From an uncultured Methanosarcinales archaeon (lineage in GTDB: Archaea; Nanobdellota; Nanobdellia; Woesearchaeales; CAZYIM01), in NCBI GenBank assembly GCA_964647565.1, contig CAZYIM010000012.1:22414-65507 (forward strand): 43,094 nt of DNA, read 5' to 3'. Numbering within the stretch: the stretch's first letter is position 1; each line of letters begins with the position of its first letter. Below are positions 28,825 through 38,062 of the stretch, one piece after another. A program made the position numbers and the translations under genes. The notes under the pieces are model-generated. The model was not told the origin of the DNA. It was given only the letters and a program-made list of their open reading frames with translations, and made no database searches.

Positions 28825-29903
28825 TTCTGCAAAGCCTCCTTAATCTTCTTGTTCTCTATGAATTCATTAGAGCTGCATTCTGCACAATAATCAGGCACAT
28901 CATGCTCTTCCAGACGTTTCCTTGCATTCCCAAAATATTCACCAAACCAGACTTCTTTTAGGGTTTTATCATGTATCTTCACACCATCATCCCTAAAGAG
29001 CCTACAGGATCCTGCAATCCCAAATGGTCGTATTGTAACAAGCAGCCAGGGCTCATAACATGATGCATTCTCAATTCCTTTTTCATTTGATTCCATAAGC
29101 GGCTTCATTCCGCTTTGGATATTGGATTTTTCAACCAGGTCTTGATCAAGATACGCATCAAGATTAGTGTGAATCTTATATTTTTTAGCTAATTTAAGAG
29201 ATTCCTTGATAATGCCTTGGAATTCTTTTCGCTGATTCTCATCCAGCGCCCATTTCTTTTCTGCCTCATCAAAAAGGATGACACTTTGAACATTCATCAG
29301 ACAGCCATCTAAATCATGTACCAATTTCATCATCTCAGGAAAATGCATGTAGTCCTGGCTGTTGATGACTGTGTTAAAGCCCAATTCAGGTAATTTCTTC
29401 TTGAGTTTCTTTTTCCATTTAGCAAATAACTTCATTGCTGCAATTGCCTTATCAAAAGCACCCTTTTTAGAAACAACAAAGTCATGCACCTTGGCATCAG
29501 GACCATTCATACTAAAACGAACTCGATCCCAACCTAGTTCAACAAGCTCTTTAATATCATTCTCATTAAATAATGTACCATTAGTTATTATGTCTCCGTG
29601 CATACCATGTTGCTTAATCATCCTCATCATATCAAGAGTTGCTTCTTTCCTGACAAGCGGCTCTCCACCACCAGATATCAGCCATTCCCTTACACCTAGA
29701 TCTGCTGCTTCTTTAACAAGAGACTTAAGCTTTTGATCAGAAAGCTCCTCATCATACTTAATCCATCCTAATCGTTCATGACTCCTCTGCCAGCAGAACT
29801 TGCATTTAAGATTGCACTTATTAGTAGGATCAATATGAATGCTAAGGGGGCCTTGAGGATTGCCCTTGGCCCATGCCAAAAGACGCTTTATGTTTTCATC
29901 CAT
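28806..29903 (-). CDS. Radical SAM protein with Twitch domain (paralog group A)
   Basis: PTNKCNLKCKFCWQ, SGGGEP, CYEPW...GSC...YCAEC. Start placed at ATG 29903 (MDENIKR), matching paralog length; the track's start is a TTG at 29918. Confidence 0.92.
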   Translation of the reverse strand: MDENIKRLLAWAKGNPQGPLSIHIDPTNKCNLKCKFCWQRSHERLGWIKYDEELSDQKLKSLVKEAADLGVREWLISGGGEPLVRKEATLDMMRMIKQHGMHGDIITNGTLFNENDIKELVELGWDRVRFSMNGPDAKVHDFVVSKKGAFDKAIAAMKLFAKWKKKLKKKLPELGFNTVINSQDYMHFPEMMKLVHDLDGCLMNVQSVILFDEAEKKWALDENQRKEFQGIIKESLKLAKKYKIHTNLDAYLDQDLVEKSNIQSGMKPLMESNEKGIENASCYEPWLLVTIRPFGIAGSCRLFRDDGVKIHDKTLKEVWFGEYFGNARKRLEEHDVPDYCAECSSNEFIENKKIKEALQKCMKRK

Positions 29904-29914
29904 CTGTTTCCGCT

Positions 29915-30099
29915 CCAATCACCGCATACAAATTATTCCTATCAATATTCTCATCCCACCCAAACCTTATCAGGTTTGATCGAGCTCTGCGACATTCGCA
30001 AGTTAAAAATACTTGCTCAGTCCCACCCAAAAAATTAAGATACTGTTCCACCACCAATCACCGCATACAAATTATTCCTATCAATATTCTCATCCCACC
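29915..30099. repeat. 46-bp exact direct repeat (29915-29960 = 30054-30099) flanking a 93-bp hairpin-rich insert
   Basis: ccaatcaccgcatacaaattattcctatcaatattctcatcccacc occurs twice, 139 bp apart. The spacer holds CAAACCT-tatc-AGGTTTG, TGCGA-cat-TCGCA and GCAAGT-N7-ACTTGC. Confidence 0.92.
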
Positions 30100-31312
30100 A
30101 CCAGGGCATAACTGCAATAGCTCCGGCTTGTCTTGCCCTCTCAATAAACAGCTTCATCAGGCTTGCATTGGCATCAGTAGGGCCCAGCTTGCCATTGTTG
30201 GTTAGTCCAAATTCCTCGACAAGAATAGGCTTATTAAATGGTTTGTGAAGACTGATCAATTCCTCGATTTCACTAAGTGCATCATCTGAATATATATGTA
30301 TAGTAATAATATCAACATCTGTGCTATTCCAAAAATCCAGGGCATTATTGGCATTAGCAAAGCTGGTAGTGATAAGATGATCATAACTATCTTTCTTGCT
30401 CAAATAATCTATCATCTCATCATGCCATAAATAAACAGCAGTTTTATTGTAACGATCTGTAATATCGACCTCATTCCAGAATTCCCACGCTAAGATGTTA
30501 GGATAGGCCGCCCAACGATTAACAATAAGATCAAGCTTCTGCTTATATTGTTCTTTTGACTCGTTGTGGGTAAAGAAATCAGGGGGATTATCTAGGAATC
30601 CCCCATTCTTAAGATTCCAGGGATGGATATCCCAAAGCTTTTCTCGAGGGTCGTCACTTTTAGATCTTAGTTCGCCATATATATCAAAAGATAAAATTAC
30701 ATAGATATCTTTCTTTCTCGCGGTCTCAAGAATGGCGTCAAGATGATAGGCATTCTCCTGCGTGCTGCCTTTTGCATAGGGACTATTAACTGAATCCCAG
30801 CCCAAGTCCAGACTCCAGGGAGCCATCACAATTCTCATCAGGTTTATATTGTTCTTTGCCATCTTATAGATGTAAGACTCATATTCAGAAGGATCTCCCG
30901 CATACCAAGCCAAATTCATCCCGCTTAATTCTAAGAGATCGCCATCAGATCCTAATAAATTCTCACCAGATGTTTCTTTAACAAAACAGGTGTCATTACC
31001 CCGCACCACAAATGTCATATTACCCACTCTAGTTTCCCTTAAAAAAACATCCATATAATAAATACCACGTTGTTCAGGAGTGAACCTGAATGCTATACCC
31101 TGCTCCTTTTTGAAAGGAGAAATATTGAACAATCCATACGGAGATTCTATCTCCATTCTACCATTAATCATCTCGGGCTTTTCAAACTTTATAGTCAAGA
31201 TACTACATTTCGAGATCTCATCAGGAAATGGTATCTGGAAATCCTCCTCTTCCTGAGGAGTACAGGAAGTCAATAAAATCAAAAATAGAGTTAACAGGAG
31301 TATTCTTTTCAT
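30035..31312 (-). CDS. Clan GH-A (GH5-like) glycoside hydrolase, putative lipoprotein
   Basis: Lipobox-like LLTSC, NLMRI, WEFWNEVD (acid/base), TIHIY, KPILVEEFG (nucleophile), WWWD. Confidence 0.85.
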   Translation of the reverse strand: MKRILLLTLFLILLTSCTPQEEEDFQIPFPDEISKCSILTIKFEKPEMINGRMEIESPYGLFNISPFKKEQGIAFRFTPEQRGIYYMDVFLRETRVGNMTFVVRGNDTCFVKETSGENLLGSDGDLLELSGMNLAWYAGDPSEYESYIYKMAKNNINLMRIVMAPWSLDLGWDSVNSPYAKGSTQENAYHLDAILETARKKDIYVILSFDIYGELRSKSDDPREKLWDIHPWNLKNGGFLDNPPDFFTHNESKEQYKQKLDLIVNRWAAYPNILAWEFWNEVDITDRYNKTAVYLWHDEMIDYLSKKDSYDHLITTSFANANNALDFWNSTDVDIITIHIYSDDALSEIEELISLHKPFNKPILVEEFGLTNNGKLGPTDANASLMKLFIERARQAGAIAVMPWWWDENIDRNNLYAVIGGGTVS

Positions 31313-32439
31313 TTAGTATGCACCATCCTCTTTATTATTCGTCTAGGAGATATTTTATGTTTAAGTATTTCTGTTTTAAGGCTTTTTCTGATTTCTTTAT
31401 TGTCCATGACAACCACAACACTACATTTCTTACAATATTCAGGCAGCTGATGCGACAACACATCTTCCCTTATATTATTGAACAATTTACCAAACCAAAT
31501 TTCTTTTAATGACTTATCTTGTAAATACTCACCCTGTTCAAATGTAGAACAACAACCCGCCATTCCACAACCTTTTATACCCATCAAATACCACGGCTGA
31601 TAGCAAGGTGCAGAAATATACGTATCGTCGGATGTTTCTGTTTCCCGAATCACAACATTCCCAAAATCCTGCTTATCAACAAGCTCAGTCCTCATGAAAC
31701 GATCTGCATTGGTTGCAATCCCAAGTTTTTCAGCTAGTTTTTTTGCCTTCTTGGCCGCTTTCTCAAGAACCTGTTTTTCTTTATCATTTAGCTCAAGCCG
31801 AATTTTTGATACATAACCCACGTACACAGGTTCAAAAAAGACAAGGTCAAATCCCACTTCCTTACCAAGCCTAATCATATCACATAGCTTATCATAGTTC
31901 TTGGCTGTGATACATGTGTTAAAGCCCAAATAAGGCTTGTTAGAGCCTTTTTTGGATCTATATTGAGCTAGGAGTTTGGCATTGCCTATAGCTTGTTTAA
32001 AGGCATTTTTACCCCTCCTCAAAAAGTCATGGGTTTTAGCATCAGGAGAATCAACACTGAACTGGATCTGATCCCAACCAATATCCACCAGGGTCTTTAC
32101 ATCGCTCTTTTTTAGGAGCACACCATTAGTGGTAAGCTGCCCCCACATACCCTGCGCCTTTATGAGTTTCATGATCTTCAATGAAACCTCTGGTCGCATA
32201 AAGGGTTCACCACCCCCCGAGATAATCCATTCCTTGACACCAAGTTCAGCAGCCTCACCAACAAGTTCAATAAGCCTTTCATCAGGAATTTCGTATTTAA
32301 CATCTTCTGGCTTGGATATAGTCTGCCAGCAAAATCTACATCTAAGATTACATCTGTTGGTGGGATGCAGCTCTATCCTCACAGGGCCAAGAGGTTTCCC
32401 CAATCTCCAAGAGTTTATACGTCGAGCTTTAAGTTTCAT
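31309..32439 (-). CDS. Radical SAM protein with Twitch domain (paralog group A)
   Basis: PTNRCNLRCRFCWQ, SGGGEP, CYQPWY...GCC...YCKKC. Confidence 0.92.
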   Translation of the reverse strand: MKLKARRINSWRLGKPLGPVRIELHPTNRCNLRCRFCWQTISKPEDVKYEIPDERLIELVGEAAELGVKEWIISGGGEPFMRPEVSLKIMKLIKAQGMWGQLTTNGVLLKKSDVKTLVDIGWDQIQFSVDSPDAKTHDFLRRGKNAFKQAIGNAKLLAQYRSKKGSNKPYLGFNTCITAKNYDKLCDMIRLGKEVGFDLVFFEPVYVGYVSKIRLELNDKEKQVLEKAAKKAKKLAEKLGIATNADRFMRTELVDKQDFGNVVIRETETSDDTYISAPCYQPWYLMGIKGCGMAGCCSTFEQGEYLQDKSLKEIWFGKLFNNIREDVLSHQLPEYCKKCSVVVVMDNKEIRKSLKTEILKHKISPRRIIKRMVHTK

Positions 32440-32441
32440 TT

Positions 32442-33446
32442 TTAATCATAATTGCAATTTAACAAGTCACAGTTTCGTTTGCAATTGCTGATCTGTTTTC
32501 TTAATCTATCTGCATTTGCAGATATCCATATCTTTTCAGGTTTGGTTTTTGTTATGTTACCCACTTTTTTAAAAAAGAAGCATATAAGCACATTTCCATA
32601 TTCATCAATAGCAAAATTATTTTGTCCAACATTACAGTTCAGCTTGGCATGTTCGAGAGGATTATTAAAATAAGCCTTCATGAGATGAAGCTGTTGTACT
32701 GTATTATGAATTTTGCCTCCATTGTGTTTCTTTCTGATAAGTTCATCAATCACTCTATATAACTGACTGAGCTGCTCAGGGTTTGGCCAAAATGCACTTT
32801 GTTCGTGCCATCCAGGTTCATACTCTGTTGCAAAGTTATTTATCAACGGTTGAAAATTGATGCCGTCAAGATTATTCGCTTCCACCAAGTCAAGAAGGGA
32901 TAGCAGCGTATGAGCATTAAAACCCATCATCACAGTCGCTATATTGACACTAAGATCTTTTTTAATGGCGTTGAGATAAAGCACATTTTTGATTGTGAGC
33001 TTATGAAGCCCTTCTTTATTCCGAATATGATCATGGATTTCATGATCTGTGCTGTCAAGCGATATGCTGATCGCATTAAGACCTGATTCAACAAGTTTAT
33101 TTGCAACAGATTTCGTGATGTGAATCCCATTAGAGGTCATGTTCACAAGAATTCCTTTCTGCCTCGCATATTTGATGATTTCGAAAATACCCTTATGCAA
33201 TAAAGGTTCACCACCTGCAATATTCATCTCGAAGCTTCCCAGCCAGGAATGCAGATCAGATACTGCTTGTTTAATCTGGCTAGTTGTCAGCTGCTTGTCT
33301 TTTGGCAGTTTCCAGATATCACAGATCTTACATTGAAGAGAACAATTATGGGTTATTGAGATGCTTATGAATGAGGGTTTGCTCTTTAAACCAACACAAG
33401 ATTTCACTTTTTCCAGCTTCCTTTTTATTGCAACTGTTTTTATCAT
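32442..33446 (-). CDS. Radical SAM protein with SPASM/Twitch domain (paralog group B)
   Basis: CSLQCKIC, AGGEPLL, SLDS...HDHIR, CNVG...GNVLIC...CKRNCDLLNC. Confidence 0.92.
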   Translation of the reverse strand: MIKTVAIKRKLEKVKSCVGLKSKPSFISISITHNCSLQCKICDIWKLPKDKQLTTSQIKQAVSDLHSWLGSFEMNIAGGEPLLHKGIFEIIKYARQKGILVNMTSNGIHITKSVANKLVESGLNAISISLDSTDHEIHDHIRNKEGLHKLTIKNVLYLNAIKKDLSVNIATVMMGFNAHTLLSLLDLVEANNLDGINFQPLINNFATEYEPGWHEQSAFWPNPEQLSQLYRVIDELIRKKHNGGKIHNTVQQLHLMKAYFNNPLEHAKLNCNVGQNNFAIDEYGNVLICFFFKKVGNITKTKPEKIWISANADRLRKQISNCKRNCDLLNCNYD

Positions 33447-33447
33447 C

Positions 33448-34758
33448 TTATATCAAGTCAAAGCAATTATTCAAGCAGGGCATGCGACATTGACCTGTTT
33501 TTACTCTAGTCTGCCAAAAATAGTAGTTGTTCCATATCTGTCGGATATCACAATCTTTTATGTTAAGGCCAGGTCCCTTGCCGCAGACAGTAACTTCTCC
33601 AAAATTGGTTATATGAAAATAATTATAGCCTGCTAGGCAAAAACCTTTTTGAAAGTTCCTTTTTTTCTTGAAATAATCTGGAATGGCCTCCAACTGTGAA
33701 ATGCTGTTAGTGATTACAGGAACCTTGTTTTGTTTTTTCAAATCGACCAATTGCTTTACCGACCGTTTCAATGCAGGAATATTCGTTTTAGTAATCCAAA
33801 ACTCATCATCCTCATAATCAAGATTTTTCTTGAAAAAATAAGAGTTGTCAATTGTGTAGGGGTTATAGTTGACACAATCAACACCTAATTTGTTTGCAAA
33901 CTCATGAAAGGTCAGGATATCCTTAAAATTTAGATTGGTGATTACAAAAGTTAATGCGATAGATACTTTGGACTTCTGAAGCTTTTTCTGCTTGACCAGA
34001 TTTTTAACACCCTCTATGATTTGTTTATGTGCTCCTTTTTTATTCCGAATGTGGTCATGCATAGGAGCTTTTATTGAATCCAAAGATATTGAAATGTGAT
34101 TAAAGTTGAAAGATATCAACTTAGTTGCCAGTTCATCGGTTAATAACATTCCGTTAGTGCTTAGAGCAAGTGTTACCCCTTTTTTTGTACCATAGTTTAA
34201 AACAGGCAATAGCAACTCGGTATTCAACAAAGGCTCTTGGCCACTGAATTCAAGAAATGTATTCGGAAAGTACTCTGAAATCTGGTCTATCAGCTTTTTA
34301 ATATCTCCAACAGTTAGTTTGACATATTCATTCTTATCTCTCCATTGGTTGCAAATTCTGCATCGCAGATTACATTTTGTGCTTGTGTCCAAGGAGATAT
34401 TCTTAGGATGTAAAAAAGGGATTGTTGTATGATATGAGAATAAGTATCTTAATTTTTTATTTGTCATCTCATCAACATCAAAACTGTTAACCAAATGTTC
34501 AAGCTCACCTATAAAAACTGAACTTTCGCTTGCTGGAGTCAAAGTGAGAATCTTCTTAACAGCGTTCTTTTGTTCATCTGTTAATTTCTTTATGTTGAGA
34601 TCTTTAAGAGTTGTGGATAAATCCTGATCCAGGAAGGTTTGAGTCTTAGCTAATTGAATTTTATACTGCTCTTTTTGCGCTTTTCTTGTATCTGCAGAAC
34701 ACTTTATAGAATATCCTGCTTTCTTTTTAAACCTTAAGATCGATTTTTTAATCACCAA
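33448..34758 (-). CDS. Radical SAM protein with SPASM/Twitch domain and a ~115-aa N-terminal extension
   Basis: CNLRCRIC, SGQEPLL, SLDS...HDHIRN, CLAG...GEVTVC...CRMPCLNNC; GGGGG RBS upstream. Confidence 0.9.
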   Translation of the reverse strand: MVIKKSILRFKKKAGYSIKCSADTRKAQKEQYKIQLAKTQTFLDQDLSTTLKDLNIKKLTDEQKNAVKKILTLTPASESSVFIGELEHLVNSFDVDEMTNKKLRYLFSYHTTIPFLHPKNISLDTSTKCNLRCRICNQWRDKNEYVKLTVGDIKKLIDQISEYFPNTFLEFSGQEPLLNTELLLPVLNYGTKKGVTLALSTNGMLLTDELATKLISFNFNHISISLDSIKAPMHDHIRNKKGAHKQIIEGVKNLVKQKKLQKSKVSIALTFVITNLNFKDILTFHEFANKLGVDCVNYNPYTIDNSYFFKKNLDYEDDEFWITKTNIPALKRSVKQLVDLKKQNKVPVITNSISQLEAIPDYFKKKRNFQKGFCLAGYNYFHITNFGEVTVCGKGPGLNIKDCDIRQIWNNYYFWQTRVKTGQCRMPCLNNCFDLI

Positions 34759-34790
34759 AACCCCCTTATCAATGTATTTTAATGGGATTT

Positions 34791-37169
34791 TTAATTCTTT
34801 CTATTCATTCGTGTAAATAAGCTCTGTTTTAGAAGGTACATTTCATAGAAAATTGAGGCCTTTATGGTCTTTAGTTCTTGAGATTTTTTATTAAGTTCTG
34901 ACTTAAGAAACTCATTCTCATTATCTAAGACATTCTTTTCATCATGGATATTCTTGATTTCCATCTTCTTCTCAATCACTTGATTGCTAAAATCCAGGAA
35001 CTTCTCACTAAACCGCTCCTCGTAGTCTTGCTTCACACCAACCAGTTCAGTATTTTTCTCCAAGATTTGATGTCTTAACTCTGTTTCTAGCTTTTGCAGG
35101 TTAAATAAATCCTGCTTTAGTTTTTTAGCATCTTCCTTAAGTTCCTTATTCTGATAACGGAACTGATGCAGTTCTCTTAACCCATCATTCAATTGCTTGT
35201 CATGACTTTGTTTATTTTGTAGGATCTCAATATCTTTTTTTGATAATCTTTCTTTTAAGTTCGATATTTCATTTTTATGCTTTTTAGACTTATTTGATAG
35301 GACCTTTATTTGATTTTTCAATTGAATACGCTCTTTTTTAAAAGAATTTTCTAGTTCTTTCTTTAACTGTTTTTGTGAGTTGTCCTTCTTCTTAAGCTGC
35401 AAATCTTTGTCTTTAAGCTGTTTTTCAGTTTCTTTAAGTTGTAAGTCTATAGACTTTTCCAGCTTACGTTTTTCTTCTAAGAACTGTTTCTCTTGTTTAT
35501 TGAACTCTTCTTTGAATGTCTCTTTTAACTCATTCTTAAATATTCTGTTAGTATCATTTATCTCTTTAAGCTTGTTTTGCATAGACAACTCTAACTGTTT
35601 TTTTTCATCTTTTAAGGCTAAACGAGCCGTGTCTTGCTTCTGAGACTCCTTCGCAAAAGACTCCTTCAAATCAGTAATCAACCCAGTATATCTCTCCTTA
35701 ACCTCCTTAAGCTGCTTCTCCACCAAAAGTTCCCGTTGCTGCTTATCAGTAAAATGCAACTTATCTTGTTTCTGGAGTTCCTCTTTATACGTACTCACCA
35801 ATTTCTTATTTTCAGAAAGAAACAGTTTTTCTTGTTTCTGAAACTCTTTTTCCCTTAATGCCATCAATTGTTTGTTTTCTTTTTCTTGTTTTGCTTGTGA
35901 ACTAAGTTGTGATTTCAGTTCCTTTTCAACTGTTTGAGATGTGTATTTTAACTCTCGCTTCAAATCCGCAATTTTATTATCCTTGGATTTCAATTCTTGT
36001 TCTCTAATATTAAGCCATTTCTTCAATTGGGCGAGTTGCTCTTTTAGTTGGGTTTGAACATTAACTAAATCTTTCTCAAATGAAATGATTTTCTTAAAGT
36101 TGGTAAAAAAATCAGATAAAACAGACCTCACCTTTGCAGGTTTATGTGATTCAATAAGTTTCATTAATAAAATTCCGAGATTGTCATAAAGAAGATCATA
36201 GTTCTTATCGATATAAAAAAAAGCAGAAGTGGACAAAGCATCTGCTAATTTTTCAGGAAAATGTTTAGCAATAAACAACAATCTGTTCCTTTCGACAAAT
36301 CTTTTTTCGACTTTATCAGGATCGTCAGGGTTTAATACATAAGAAGTACCGTGGTTGAAATGATAAACCACGCTTTTAGGCGTGTACACAATTTTCCACC
36401 CCCTCTCCCTACATCGATGGGCTAGATCCACATCTTCAACATACATGACAAAATCTTCATCAAAAAGACCCACATGCTCAAAGCATTTTCTTCTGTACAT
36501 TACTGCAACGCCACATAGGGAAGTCATCTCTTCTGTCTTATCATATTGTTCTTTATCTGTTTCTTTATAACCTCTGTCACCCCAGTAAAAATTAGGATAT
36601 TCTTGATGTCCCGTACTGTTTATTTTTCCATTTTCAAAAAGAATTTTACCGCCTACAGCTCCAATTTTAGGATCTTGTTGAATGGTCTGTAAAAGGCCTT
36701 TTAGCCAGTTATGGGTAACCTGGGTATCGTTGTTTAAAAGAACAATATATTCTCCTTTGGCTTCTTGAATACCAATGTTATTGGCTTTACAATAATTATT
36801 AACATTATTAACAAAAATTCTGGCTTTTTTATATTTCTCCTTGACTAATTTCACAGAATTGTCAACTGAAGCGTTATCCAGAAAAATTACATCCAATTTA
36901 TCTTTAGGATAATTTGTTGAAAAAACCGAAGAAAGGCATTTTTTTAGAAATTTCTCACCATTATGGTTGACTATGACTATACTAATAATGGGAAACTGAT
37001 CTATAGCTTTTTTCTTGCCTGCTTTTGTTAGAGATTTAGATTTGATTTTAGCTGCAGGCCTAGAAATTTTTCTTAAGGATTTTTTTGGCTTAGATCGTTT
37101 TGATGCTTTGTTAACTCCCTTTATCTTAATAGTTTTAGATTTTAATCTATTTTTTATCTTCTTAACCAC
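34791..37169 (-). CDS. GT2 glycosyltransferase fused to a long C-terminal coiled coil, with a Lys-rich N-terminal tail
   Basis: IVIVNHNG, DNAS, LLNNDT, MYVEDVDL, RNRL motifs, then about 400 aa of K/E/L/Q heptad-rich sequence. GTG start after a GGGGGA RBS. Confidence 0.88.
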   Translation of the reverse strand: MVKKIKNRLKSKTIKIKGVNKASKRSKPKKSLRKISRPAAKIKSKSLTKAGKKKAIDQFPIISIVIVNHNGEKFLKKCLSSVFSTNYPKDKLDVIFLDNASVDNSVKLVKEKYKKARIFVNNVNNYCKANNIGIQEAKGEYIVLLNNDTQVTHNWLKGLLQTIQQDPKIGAVGGKILFENGKINSTGHQEYPNFYWGDRGYKETDKEQYDKTEEMTSLCGVAVMYRRKCFEHVGLFDEDFVMYVEDVDLAHRCRERGWKIVYTPKSVVYHFNHGTSYVLNPDDPDKVEKRFVERNRLLFIAKHFPEKLADALSTSAFFYIDKNYDLLYDNLGILLMKLIESHKPAKVRSVLSDFFTNFKKIISFEKDLVNVQTQLKEQLAQLKKWLNIREQELKSKDNKIADLKRELKYTSQTVEKELKSQLSSQAKQEKENKQLMALREKEFQKQEKLFLSENKKLVSTYKEELQKQDKLHFTDKQQRELLVEKQLKEVKERYTGLITDLKESFAKESQKQDTARLALKDEKKQLELSMQNKLKEINDTNRIFKNELKETFKEEFNKQEKQFLEEKRKLEKSIDLQLKETEKQLKDKDLQLKKKDNSQKQLKKELENSFKKERIQLKNQIKVLSNKSKKHKNEISNLKERLSKKDIEILQNKQSHDKQLNDGLRELHQFRYQNKELKEDAKKLKQDLFNLQKLETELRHQILEKNTELVGVKQDYEERFSEKFLDFSNQVIEKKMEIKNIHDEKNVLDNENEFLKSELNKKSQELKTIKASIFYEMYLLKQSLFTRMNRKN

Positions 37170-37230
37170 CTAAATCCCCCGATATGTTAATAGGATAGTG
37201 ACTGATTATTTAAAATTTTTGAATTATCCG

Positions 37231-38061
37231 TTAATTTAAGCTAAATTTAAGGTCTATAATCCCAGAAGGTGCGTCTTTTTCAGAAATGATATTAAAAATA
37301 TACTTTTTGTAATGATGATTAAATGGATAAGAAATAGCATCATCATATGCTGCAACAGATAAAAAGTAAGTTCCCGTTAACATAGGCAATTTATTGATTT
37401 TAAATATCATTTCGCCTTCACCTTGAAGAGATCCGATTTTCTTCTTAATATGATTGTTATTGGCACCGAAAATCAACACCCCATCATAGCTGTGAATGGC
37501 AAATCCAATAACAGGGTTATCTATCTTATCCTTAGCATAATAGTCAATTTTGATTTTAAGCGCATCTCCTGTATGAAAAATAACCGATTCTACATTCTTT
37601 CTTAGCAATTGGACATTCCTGATAACCAACTCTTTAAAACCCCATGTTCGGGATTCTGCTTTTTCGCATGAACAAAAAGAATATGTAAACGTTAAGGTTT
37701 CAAGAATTAAATTTTCAAGATCATTTAATTCCTTAAGAACAGGATCATCCTTTTTTAAACCATGCTTAGAACTATCTAAAGCCGATAAGCAATTTCTAAG
37801 ATGGAATCCTATCTGCTGTTCAATAAAATCTTTATTTGAAATTACAGATTGGGGACTACCTTTTTGAAGATATTTAAAAAAATTTGTTAAGAATTCAGAA
37901 GCTTCTTTAAAGAGTCCTTGTTGAAAAAGAGATTCAATATTATTAAGAAATTCCGAGATACTAGCACGAATGTTGGGATAATCCTTTAATAAAGATACTT
38001 GAGTTGAAAAAACAGAACAGGCTTCTTTAATAAGCGATATCTTCCCATTATTAGATTGCAT
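37231..38061 (-). CDS. Stand-alone Wzt C-terminal (carbohydrate-binding) domain protein with helical N-terminus
   Basis: WGFKELVIRNVQLL...FHTGD...NPVIGFAI...DGVLIFG...LPMLTGTYFLSVAAYD...GII, the Ig-like Wzt_C pattern. Confidence 0.8.
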   Translation of the reverse strand: MQSNNGKISLIKEACSVFSTQVSLLKDYPNIRASISEFLNNIESLFQQGLFKEASEFLTNFFKYLQKGSPQSVISNKDFIEQQIGFHLRNCLSALDSSKHGLKKDDPVLKELNDLENLILETLTFTYSFCSCEKAESRTWGFKELVIRNVQLLRKNVESVIFHTGDALKIKIDYYAKDKIDNPVIGFAIHSYDGVLIFGANNNHIKKKIGSLQGEGEMIFKINKLPMLTGTYFLSVAAYDDAISYPFNHHYKKYIFNIISEKDAPSGIIDLKFSLN

Positions 38062-38062
38062 T

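Noticed and set aside
29915..30099. CRISPR array, DGR template/variable repeat pair, or tRNA
   Set aside because: Only two copies, identical with no adenine-specific mismatches; no cas or reverse transcriptase in the window; the insert has no recognisable tRNA arms.
29778..30205. Plus-strand ORFs 29778-30038 and 29873-30205
   Set aside because: Antisense to well-supported genes, span the duplication, and show no recognisable motifs.
34791..36100. SMC-like or phage tape-measure protein
   Set aside because: The coiled coil is fused to a GT2 domain, has no ATPase motifs, and no phage genes are nearby.
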